Positions 56,133-64,000 of a stretch of DNA of 64,000 bases are shown here, in pieces. The position numbers and the translations under genes are program-made. The stretch comes from Candidatus Nanohaloarchaea archaeon (GTDB lineage Archaea > Nanohalarchaeota > Nanosalinia > Nanosalinales > Nanosalinaceae): assembly GCA_041640035.1 (NCBI GenBank), contig JBEQBC010000001.1, positions 1-64,000 of the forward strand. Direction: 5' to 3'. The notes beneath the pieces are model-generated. The model was not told where the DNA came from and made no database searches. It was given only the letters and a program-made list of their open reading frames with translations. The first letter of the stretch is position 1, and each line of letters begins with the position of its first letter.

Positions 56133-56218
56133 TATAAATTTTACACCTAGATATGGATTAATCCCCCGCAATTTTTATATATGTTTCCCCGAGTGGGTTT
56201 ATCAAGCAGTAACAACAA

Positions 56219-56671
56219 CTAGACTGGTTTTCTCTCGATATTTGAAGAACCACAGGTACCACATTTACTTCCTGAAACACTGCTACCGCAGTCAACACAT
56301 TTTACCTCCCACTCCATCTTCTCATCAACCTCATCCTCCATGAAACCCTGGAAACCTACATCAAGCCAGAGACATAGATTCTGAACCGCTTTATCATCGC
56401 TTACAACTCTTCCACCGCGTTCAAGCGCCAGAGCCACGATGCTTTCATCCGGTTCACTGGTCGGAGAACTGATTTCTTTACTTCGTTCTCTTACCTTCTC
56501 CATTTCTTCATCAGATGCAGGTACCACATCGATATCTCGGTTCTCGTAGATATTCTGAGAGCTCTGTGACCGAAGCTCCTCAGCTACTTCGGGTGTTGTA
56601 ATGTACTCTCCACGAGGCAGGTTTCCACGGCCCCGCATCAAAGTGTTAGCATCCAGTACTAGTTCTGTCAC
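56219..56671 (-). CDS. nob1: Nob1-like PIN + zinc-ribbon endonuclease
   Basis: LVLDAN, TTPEV..E, S.PD...VALA, SDD..VQN and W...C..CG.....C..CG motifs. Confidence 0.85.
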   Translation of the reverse strand: MTELVLDANTLMRGRGNLPRGEYITTPEVAEELRSQSSQNIYENRDIDVVPASDEEMEKVRERSKEISSPTSEPDESIVALALERGGRVVSDDKAVQNLCLWLDVGFQGFMEDEVDEKMEWEVKCVDCGSSVSGSKCGTCGSSNIERKPV

Positions 56672-56740
56672 CGGTAGTTACAGTTGGTAAACCAATTATT
56701 ATTAAAAAGTGGTCAGGTACTCAATTAATGTGATTTAACA

Positions 56741-56938
56741 ATGACACTACCAAACGCACCAGTCGAACGAATTATCAGAAACGCAGGAGCAGAAAGAGTA
56801 TCAAAAGAAGCAGTAGAAGAACTAAGAGAAGCTGTAGAAGAAGCAGGTTCCGACATCGCAGCTGACGCAGTAGACATGGCAGACCACGCCGGAAGAAACA
56901 CAGTCACACGCGAAGATGTAGAAATGGCTACTCAGTGA
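56741..56938 (+). CDS. Archaeal histone (HMf-type)
   Basis: LP.APVERI.R.AGAERVS..A...L...HAGR.TV..EDV. Confidence 0.95.
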   Translation: MTLPNAPVERIIRNAGAERVSKEAVEELREAVEEAGSDIAADAVDMADHAGRNTVTREDVEMATQ

Positions 56939-56944
56939 TCCACA

Positions 56945-57328
56945 ATGCCGACACAGATGGAAGCATCCAAGGTAAGAGAAGGCTCATACATCATGATCGA
57001 TGGCGAGCCATGCGTAGTAAGAGGAAAGTCCAAATCAAGTCCTGGTAAGCACGGATCCGCAAAGATCAAGATCAAGGCACGCGGAGTATTCGACGACAAA
57101 GACCGACACATCACCAAGCCAGGAGACACCATGCTGATGAGTCCTGATGTCGACAAGAAGATCGGCCAGGTAGTTTCCAGAGACGGAAACATCGCACAGG
57201 TCATGGACATGGACAGTTACGAAACGGAAGAAATGGAGCTTCCGGACGATCTCAGCGCAGGAGAAGGCGACGAGATCGAATACTGGGTAATCGGCGACCG
57301 CAAACAGGTCAAAGGACTGAAGAACTAA
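56945..57328 (+). CDS. eif5a: Translation factor aIF5A
   Basis: IDGEPC and SSPGKHGSAK hypusination motif. Confidence 0.96.
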   Translation: MPTQMEASKVREGSYIMIDGEPCVVRGKSKSSPGKHGSAKIKIKARGVFDDKDRHITKPGDTMLMSPDVDKKIGQVVSRDGNIAQVMDMDSYETEEMELPDDLSAGEGDEIEYWVIGDRKQVKGLKN

Positions 57329-57432
57329 AAAACAGGTTCTTCAAACAACCCACCCATCTCTTCTTATTTCCAACTTCAACTGCTTCCTCATATCCGAAGA
57401 TTAACAAACTTCTATCCACAAAATCATTTTTT

Positions 57433-58785
57433 ATGAACTGGCAGAGACTTCGGAAAAAAGTAATAGAACAGAACTATCCTAGCGACGAAGAATTCCACGA
57501 AATAGAATCACTCTACGCCGAAATCAGCGGATACATAAAGGAACACCACGGAAAAGAAGTACATTTCGCAGGATCCGCATCACGGAAAACATGTATGAAG
57601 GGTGACAGGGACCTAGATATCTTTGTCATGTTCGATAAAGATACTTCACGCAAAGAACTAGAGGAAGAAGGCGTCAAAATAGGAAAAGATGTCTTCAAGA
57701 AATTCGATGGAAACTACCATGTCGAATACGCCGAACATCCATACACTAAGGGTCGCATCGAAGGTAAAGAAGTCGAAGTAGTTCCATGCTACGATGTACC
57801 AGCAGATAACATAAAGAGCAGCGTCGACCGTACACCACACCACAGCAAATGGAGTGAAGAAAACCTTGATGAGGAGCAACGCAAAGATGTCGTAGTCCTG
57901 AAGAAGTTCCTCTCAGTGAAAGGTCTTTACGGCTCTTCACTGAAAGTAAGAGGTTTTTCAGGATACCTCTGTGAAATACTGATACACAAGTACGGTGGAT
58001 TCAAAGAACTACTGGAGAACGCATCCGACTGGCCAGAAAAGAAATTGATCGATCCTGAAAACCGCCACGAAGAAGGTTTACCGGAAGAATTACAGGACAA
58101 GTTCTCACCGGACAACCTAGTGGTTATCGATCCTGTAGACAGCGAGAGAAATGTCGCAGCAGTGATGACCGGTGAAAAGTACTCCGAATTCATATACGAA
58201 GCTATATCCTTCCTAGATGATCTCGGGATGCATCACTTCAGGACGGAGGAAAAAGAGTATACTAACCTGGATATCAAGAACGAAATTGATAGAAGACACA
58301 ACTTCACGGTAATCGAGATGGAAGCTCCGGAAGAAGTGGATGACATACTTTATCCGCAACTGAGAAAAGCTGAGAGAAGATTGAACCAGCTTCTGGAGAA
58401 AGAAGACTTCAATGTTTATAGCTCCGGCTTCCACACAGATGAAAAGATCAGGATGTTTTTCGAGACCGATGGTAAACTACCTGAGACCAGTTTCGTTCAG
58501 GGACCTAAGCTTTTCCACGGAAAAGACCATGTCAAACAGTTCGAAAACAAGTACGAAAACACATTTGTAGAAGGTGAAAGACTGGTCGCGAAGACTGATA
58601 GAGAGTATCTCAGGCCTAAAGAAGTCCTTGCTGACCTGCCAAAGGACAGAAAGAAACTGGAGGAACAGGGTATACCGGATGATGTGGCGCGTAAGTTCGA
58701 TGATAGACGGTTCCGTGATCCTGTCCTGGATGACCAAAAATGGTTAAACTTTCTCGGCGAAGAACTACATGTGAACGAGAAATGA
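57433..58785 (+). CDS. cca: CCA-adding enzyme (class I, archaeal)
   Basis: GS..R.T...GD.DLDIF, YAEHPY, VDRTP.H, GFSGYLCE and DPVD..RNVAA motifs. Confidence 0.95.
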   Translation: MNWQRLRKKVIEQNYPSDEEFHEIESLYAEISGYIKEHHGKEVHFAGSASRKTCMKGDRDLDIFVMFDKDTSRKELEEEGVKIGKDVFKKFDGNYHVEYAEHPYTKGRIEGKEVEVVPCYDVPADNIKSSVDRTPHHSKWSEENLDEEQRKDVVVLKKFLSVKGLYGSSLKVRGFSGYLCEILIHKYGGFKELLENASDWPEKKLIDPENRHEEGLPEELQDKFSPDNLVVIDPVDSERNVAAVMTGEKYSEFIYEAISFLDDLGMHHFRTEEKEYTNLDIKNEIDRRHNFTVIEMEAPEEVDDILYPQLRKAERRLNQLLEKEDFNVYSSGFHTDEKIRMFFETDGKLPETSFVQGPKLFHGKDHVKQFENKYENTFVEGERLVAKTDREYLRPKEVLADLPKDRKKLEEQGIPDDVARKFDDRRFRDPVLDDQKWLNFLGEELHVNEK

Positions 58786-59348
58786 CAGTAAACATTGTCG
58801 TAGGACTTTCAGGAGTTGGAAAAGGAACAGTACTAGAGGAAGCAATGCTTCTATCCGAAACAGAATACAAAATCATCAACTACGGAGACAAAATGCTGGA
58901 GATCGCCAAAGATAGAGACCTGGTCGAGAAAAGAGACGAGATGAAGAACATCGATGTAGAAACATACAAAGATATCCAGAAAGAGGCAGCAGAACAGATC
59001 TTCGAGGAATCAGAGGACCAAGATGTAATCGTAGATACACACGCAGCAATCAAATCACCTTTCGGCTATATCCCAGGACTACCAAAATGGTCAATCGAGA
59101 ACCTTCAGCCAGAAAAGATTATCATTTTAGATGCCTCTGCAGAAGAAATTATCTCAAGAAGAGAGGGAGACAGTAAGAGAGATAGAAAAATGGAATCCGT
59201 TGAATCTATTCAGGAGTACAGAGAAGTTGCAAGAGAGATGGCCTCAACCGGCTCAGTTCTAACCGGAGCATATCTGAAAGTGATTGAAAATAAGTCGGGT
59301 AGAGCCGAGGCAGCGGCTGAAGAACTTATCGAAACATTGGAGGCATAA
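58782..59348 (+). CDS. adkA: Archaeal adenylate kinase
   Basis: GLSGVGK.T, NYGD.M, RDEM, VDTH and GY.PGLP motifs; ATGA overlap with cca. Confidence 0.93.
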   Translation: MTVNIVVGLSGVGKGTVLEEAMLLSETEYKIINYGDKMLEIAKDRDLVEKRDEMKNIDVETYKDIQKEAAEQIFEESEDQDVIVDTHAAIKSPFGYIPGLPKWSIENLQPEKIIILDASAEEIISRREGDSKRDRKMESVESIQEYREVAREMASTGSVLTGAYLKVIENKSGRAEAAAEELIETLEA

Positions 59349-59464
59349 ACCTCCAAACACACTTTTTCTTTGTTACTTAGAAGAAACAAAAACACTTGTT
59401 ATTGTTTCTAACCGTTCTAGAATTCATCAAAAGGTTAATAAGACTTAGAATCAGGTTCTCAAAT

Positions 59465-59746
59465 ATGGCGAGCCTCTGGGACATAGGAAAGAGTTCTGAA
59501 GAGAAGCTCGCTGATGAATGGGAGGACAATGGAGTCCTTGAAGACAAGGTAAGTCAACACCGACACAAGTTCGAGGACAGGTTCCAACAAAACATGGATG
59601 AAGATGTTCCAACACATCCCTACAAAATTTACAGGGAGATAGTAGAAAACAACGAACTAAGCGATGAAGAAAAGATCGCACTGGAACAAATGAAAGACGA
59701 ATTCGCAGAGGAATGGCAATCACTTAAGCAAACACATTCCAACTAG
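59465..59746 (+). CDS. Small acidic hypothetical protein
   Basis: ATG at 59465 gives a 93-aa proteome-typical ORF; the upstream extension in the track looks non-coding. Confidence 0.65.
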   Translation: MASLWDIGKSSEEKLADEWEDNGVLEDKVSQHRHKFEDRFQQNMDEDVPTHPYKIYREIVENNELSDEEKIALEQMKDEFAEEWQSLKQTHSN

Positions 59747-59918
59747 AACAATTGTCCGTTCATCAGTTGAGCTGGGAGGGGAGGCTCAGACCTAGTACGA
59801 TACTTTTACAACCCATCCTCTTCCCCCTTTTATTTTTGTTTTCAGAAGCTAGAAACGACTCGTCCACATTCCGTGTCCAAACAACTCCCTCCCACCAATT
59901 CTCCACCACAAAATAATT

Positions 59919-61493
59919 CTAGTCTAGGTACTTCACCATGTAAGGACCTTCACGCTCATAACCGAACTTACGGTAATACTCACGAGTCCCTACTGCCGAA
60001 ATCACGACAACTTTCTCTCTACCAAGCTCTTCAGCCTTCTCCTCAGCAGCCTTCATCAAACGCTTACCGAAGCCCTGATGCTGTACATCTCCTTCACTGC
60101 CGATATCAGTAGCAGAGCCCATAACCTTCAACTGCCTTACAATCAAAGTATCGTCATCTATCTCTTCTCTATGGCTTTCAGGCGGAGCTCTCAACCGGGT
60201 GAAACCCATTATAATATCTTTCTCAACATCTTCAAAGCTGAGGAAGAACTCTTTGCCCTCTGAAGCATCGTAAACACGCTCCAGAAGCTCCGGTTCATCA
60301 GGAACCAGGTCATGTGTTCTCTCGACATGTCCTACTTCACGGCACCGGATACATCTACATCTCTCATCCTCGCTGTGAAGCTCCTGTAAAGCCATCTGCC
60401 GCATATTCGTCAACTGAGGGCCGGCATCTACCTCTGTACTCGGTATGTCTCGCATCACGCGCTTAACCCTTACATGAGGAGGGATAATATCTTTCTGCGC
60501 CTTCTTCAAACGCTCCTTCGCTTCCTCATCGGTGATTGGTTTGAAATCTCCTTCCTCATATCTTCTATGCAGCTCTGTCCCCTCAATTACCTCACAGGGA
60601 TAGATCTTGATCTCGTCTGGCTGATAATCGCTGTTTGAAAATACTTCTTTGAACTTCTCAATATCTTTTTCATAGTCTTCTCCAGGTAGTCCAAGCATCA
60701 GGTGGTATGCAACCTTGAAACCTGCGTTCTTCAAACGCTTGGTGGCCTCAATAACGGGACCCATGCCATGACCTCTGTTAGTAATCTCATGAGTCTCATC
60801 GAAAACGGTTTGGACTCCCATCTCTACACGCGTACCGCCCATATCAAGTATCCTATCGATATGCTTAGTTTCTGCAATATCAGGCCTAGTTTCGAATGTT
60901 ACTCCTACATTTCGCACATCAGCGGTCTCGTTCTGTACCTGAGCCTCTTCAAGGCTCTCAGCTTCTTCGCCATCCTCGTAAGTATTCAAGCCATCAAAGG
61001 CTTTCTTCAGAAATGCTTCCTGGTAATCTGGATCTTGGAACGGAAAAGTTCCTCCCATGATAATTAATTTGGATTTATCGATGCTATGCCCGTTTCTCTC
61101 GTACTGTCCAAGCCTGTCATGAACTTGCTCGAACGGGTCGTAATCATTTCTTATCGCTCTTCGGGTTGCTGGCTCCTTACCTGTGTAACTCTGTGGAGCA
61201 TCCTTTCCTTTCGGGCAGTATATACATCCGCCTCCACATGCAGCTGGGCGTGCCATGATCGCAACATTCGCAATACCTGAGATGGTACGCATTGGCTTGG
61301 TCTTCAAGACTTTTTGCGCTCTTTTCTCGTCTTCCTCTGCGAATTGCAGGAGGTCTGCGTTTTTCGGAAGGCCGTCGAAACCTACTTCTCCGGCTAGCTG
61401 CTTCTTCTTGGTCTCAACATCGTCCTTGTCTTCTATCTCTTCAGATTCTATATCTTCGATTATCTCTCTGGCGATGTACTCTAGATCAGACAT
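59919..61493 (-). CDS. elp3: Elp3 radical SAM / acetyltransferase (tRNA U34 carboxymethylation)
   Basis: KP.RT.SG, CxxxCxxC, SYTG.EP, ETRPD, RDIP, CRCIRCRE, QH.G.GK.LM and YY.K.GY motifs. Confidence 0.96.
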   Translation of the reverse strand: MSDLEYIAREIIEDIESEEIEDKDDVETKKKQLAGEVGFDGLPKNADLLQFAEEDEKRAQKVLKTKPMRTISGIANVAIMARPAACGGGCIYCPKGKDAPQSYTGKEPATRRAIRNDYDPFEQVHDRLGQYERNGHSIDKSKLIIMGGTFPFQDPDYQEAFLKKAFDGLNTYEDGEEAESLEEAQVQNETADVRNVGVTFETRPDIAETKHIDRILDMGGTRVEMGVQTVFDETHEITNRGHGMGPVIEATKRLKNAGFKVAYHLMLGLPGEDYEKDIEKFKEVFSNSDYQPDEIKIYPCEVIEGTELHRRYEEGDFKPITDEEAKERLKKAQKDIIPPHVRVKRVMRDIPSTEVDAGPQLTNMRQMALQELHSEDERCRCIRCREVGHVERTHDLVPDEPELLERVYDASEGKEFFLSFEDVEKDIIMGFTRLRAPPESHREEIDDDTLIVRQLKVMGSATDIGSEGDVQHQGFGKRLMKAAEEKAEELGREKVVVISAVGTREYYRKFGYEREGPYMVKYLD

Positions 61494-61566
61494 GTTTCTG
61501 TAAAGCCCTCCATTTTACCGGATGTAGCTGAAAAGTTAAAAAGAGAAGCAGCGCCATCAATTTAAT

Positions 61567-62433
61567 ATGAGAACAAAGATACTGCTGACCGCAGTTTTAG
61601 TCAGTTTATTCGTGTTCTCTGCATCCGCATTCAGTCTTTTCGACACAGGAACAGGAAAAGCAGCTGTAATCCAGCTTAACGGCCCAATTCAGCCAACACA
61701 GGCAACAGGTCTGGGGTCAACAGCTGGAATATCTCCTGAACAGGTCAGAGAGATGAACAGCAAGGCTGAAAGCCAGAATGTAGACGCAATCGTCTACGAG
61801 ATCAATTCTGGTGGCGGAGCAGTAGTGGCGTCCAAGGAAGTCAAGAGATCTATCGAAAATGTAGAAGTTCCGACAGTCTGCAGGTTCAGAGACCTTGCAG
61901 CGTCAGGAGCATATCTCTTCTCACTTGGATGCGACAGGATCGTAGCTGATTCAGCCTCAGTAACAGGAAGCATTGGTGTAAGAGCTTCCTACCTTGAGTT
62001 CTCCGACCTTATCGAGGAATACGGAATCACATATGTGAATGTGACTGCGGGAGAGTTCAAGGACACAGGCTCACAGTTCAAGGAACCTTCAGAAGCCGAA
62101 AGACAGGAACTTAAGGAAAGAGTAGAGATTGTTCATGAAGAGTTCACTGAGATGGTTAAAGAAGGTAGAGATCTTAACCAGTCAGAAGTAGATGAAGTAG
62201 CAACTGGAGAAATCTTCCTTGGAGAACAGGCCAACGAAATGGACCTAGTAGACAATCTAGGAGGTAGAGAAACAGCCTACGAAGCCGCAGAGAACATTAC
62301 AGGGAAAGAACTGAACTTCGTATCACTGGAACAGACAGAGGAATTTAATCCCTTCACTCTGTTCATCAGTTCATTGTTCCCCGACTTCAATCTTAACAGC
62401 CAGGGATCTGTCCTCAGGGCAGAGTACCCTTAA
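61567..62433 (+). CDS. sppA: Signal peptide peptidase SppA (S49)
   Basis: INS.GG, AASG.Y, TGSIGV, G.FKD and TGEIF.G motifs. Confidence 0.92.
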   Translation: MRTKILLTAVLVSLFVFSASAFSLFDTGTGKAAVIQLNGPIQPTQATGLGSTAGISPEQVREMNSKAESQNVDAIVYEINSGGGAVVASKEVKRSIENVEVPTVCRFRDLAASGAYLFSLGCDRIVADSASVTGSIGVRASYLEFSDLIEEYGITYVNVTAGEFKDTGSQFKEPSEAERQELKERVEIVHEEFTEMVKEGRDLNQSEVDEVATGEIFLGEQANEMDLVDNLGGRETAYEAAENITGKELNFVSLEQTEEFNPFTLFISSLFPDFNLNSQGSVLRAEYP

Positions 62434-63290
62434 GGCTTTTCTTTCTTATCAGGTCCTTCAGGTGCCTCTGGTTCTTCAGAGTGATGCCACAGCATCTCGA
62501 ACATAGGGCTTAGAGTTTCTTCTGCCATGTGGCTGCTCTTGCTCCAGAACGCTGTATCCTGAGTAGAATGAACCTGATCGTGGGTCATCGACATTGTTAG
62601 TGCGTTGTCGTCGATGATTGAGAACCGTCCGTTCGGTATATCGAACTTCTCGATCTCCTCTGTCTCCACATTTCTAACCTGTGCGACTTCAGAGATGTCC
62701 GCGACTGCGTCTTGGTTCTCGTCTGTATGTGGTGCGAGTATTCTTACTTCAACTCCCTGTTCCTTTGCTTCCTGAAGAAGGTCGTAATGGTTGTCTCGAA
62801 TGTTCTTGACTCCTTCTTCGGAGGTCATTATCTTTATACTGTCATCAGCTTCCTGGAACATTGTTCCCATGTGCTGATGGATCTGGTGTGTTCCCTTGAG
62901 GCTTCCGCTCATTTCTGCAGGGTCAACAAGCTCTACTCCCTGATCGTAAAGGTTCTCAAGTTCAGCTACTGCTTCTGAGTCCTTGAAGTCGTCTAGTTTA
63001 TCCATCTTGTCTTCAAGTTCTCTCTGGTGCTGTTTCTTAATATTCTCAATTGCCTGTGCTGGAGGGATAGAAACATACTCCATTGGCTGAGATGATTTGA
63101 TTACTGCAAATCCTTTTTCTGCCAGAGATTCCAGTACATCGTAGGCTCTGGATCTCGGGACATTTGTCATCTCGGATAGCTCTCCGGCTGTTGATACACC
63201 TCTGCCTAGTAGTGCAGAGTAAATTTTCCTCTCATACATATTCAATCCGATATCTTCCAGAGCGTCTAATGTTTCCTGGCTTGCGACCAT
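62430..63290 (-). CDS. TrmB family regulator / chromatin protein (TrmBL2-like)
   Basis: GL..YE...Y..LL, ELS....VPRSR.YDVL.SL..KGF wHTH, coiled coil and a PLD-like C-terminal domain. Confidence 0.9.
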   Translation of the reverse strand: MVASQETLDALEDIGLNMYERKIYSALLGRGVSTAGELSEMTNVPRSRAYDVLESLAEKGFAVIKSSQPMEYVSIPPAQAIENIKKQHQRELEDKMDKLDDFKDSEAVAELENLYDQGVELVDPAEMSGSLKGTHQIHQHMGTMFQEADDSIKIMTSEEGVKNIRDNHYDLLQEAKEQGVEVRILAPHTDENQDAVADISEVAQVRNVETEEIEKFDIPNGRFSIIDDNALTMSMTHDQVHSTQDTAFWSKSSHMAEETLSPMFEMLWHHSEEPEAPEGPDKKEKP

Positions 63291-63437
63291 TTTTTGGGTT
63301 ACACCTATCTAATAAATTGTTCACTAAAGGTAGTTATAAACCTTTTTCCCGGTAGTTACAGAGCTTGATTACTCTGCAGGGAAAAAACAATCAACTACCT
63401 TTTTTGTTATCCTGTAGTAAATACTATACTTGAATTC

Positions 63438-64000
63438 TTATAAAACCTTTCTGATCTTCCTCTTCAAACGGTCCACAATACCGCCTGCCTTCTTCCCGTA
63501 AATCCGTCTCTCCTCACGGATACCGTCCCACTCCACACTGTCAAACGCACTTCCGACCTGACTACCGTACTCATCATACGAAACCAATTCATTCATACCG
63601 AACTTCTGCTCAATAGGAACAGGATTATCCGTATAACCAAAGCTTACAACCGCAACAGCCTCCTTACTCGAAGGAGCATTAAACATCTCACCTACATCCT
63701 GACGGTTGAAACCTGAAAGCCACAAACTGCTTAAATCGTTCTCGGAAGCCACAATACGCATATTCTGCACGCTACATGCTGCCTCCGAGTTCGCAGCACT
63801 CACCGCTTCCTCACCAAGATTCCTCTTCGCACGGCTCATATCAACCAGTACAACAACAGAGGTCGGAGCCTTCTTAACCCGCTTATCATCTACAGCTGCG
63901 GAAAGCGACTGAAGCTTGTCATCGTCCTCCACGACAATAAACTCGAGAAGGTTGGTATTCCTCGGTGAAGGTGTTTGACGGGCTGCTTCAAGCACTCTTC
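63438..64000 (-). CDS. Nitroreductase family protein (5' end outside window)
   Basis: LEAAR.TPS..N....FIVV, QNM..A....L.S.W..GF and V.FGY motifs; frame open to the window end. Confidence 0.82.
   Translation of the reverse strand, partial: RVLEAARQTPSPRNTNLLEFIVVEDDDKLQSLSAAVDDKRVKKAPTSVVVLVDMSRAKRNLGEEAVSAANSEAACSVQNMRIVASENDLSSLWLSGFNRQDVGEMFNAPSSKEAVAVVSFGYTDNPVPIEQKFGMNELVSYDEYGSQVGSAFDSVEWDGIREERRIYGKKAGGIVDRLKRKIRKVL

Noticed and set aside
59750-59915. Possible ncRNA in the spacer between the 59465 ORF and elp3 (TGAGC...GCTCA stem, purine and pyrimidine tracts)
   Set aside because: Only a 5-bp stem and no recognisable C/D box, SRP or RNase P features. Better explained as convergent terminator tracts.
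148-63912. Numerous Ser/Phe/Leu-rich ORFs antisense to or overlapping real genes (e.g. 24403-24993, 36129-36707, 3542-3970)
   Set aside because: They are shadows of GAA/GAC-rich acidic coding sequence, with no motifs and full overlap with well-supported genes.
1-64000. CRISPR array, IS elements, rRNA
   Set aside because: No regularly spaced direct repeats, transposase ORFs or rRNA-like non-coding stretches were seen. GAA/TTC-rich runs are just poly-Glu codons.

Overview
Gene-dense archaeal chromosomal window with a strongly acidic (D/E-rich) proteome, very short intergenic spacers, many apparently leaderless genes and overlapping convergent stop codons. This fits a halophilic DPANN archaeon, most likely Nanohaloarchaeota (inferred, not database-checked). 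Most of the window is housekeeping: a fragmented translation/transcription superoperon (eS6, aIF2-gamma, PIN, Rpo7, Spt4, eS24, eS31, RdgB, Kae1, TsaC/Sua5, Bud32, uS15, GAN/RecJ, eS1), tRNA-Lys(CUU), the full A-type ATP synthase operon (H-I-K-E-C-F-A-B-D), TFB, Nob1, histone, aIF5A, CCA enzyme, AdkA, Elp3, Trm1, K+ transporters and a photolyase. The strongest candidate for an undescribed system is a ~6.4 kb block (17969-24351) between aIF2-gamma and the PIN gene. It encodes an MscS channel fused to a C39-peptidase-like domain, one intact and one degenerate RimK-like ligase, two more paralogous ATP-grasp ligases and a DUF1704/MATCAP-like carboxypeptidase, suggesting a peptide or poly-glutamate writer-eraser-channel module. 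Other leads are a coiled-coil/HTH + giant EndoIV-like TIM barrel + MNT-HEPN cluster (38733-44262), a His-conserving membrane pair with a tandem-domain partner (5322-6700), a photolyase lacking the FAD-proximal Trp and Asn, structured leaders on rps6e and rps15, and a probable AUA start for atpI. No CRISPR array, rRNA or recognisable IS/integrase was seen. All family calls come from motif recognition by eye.
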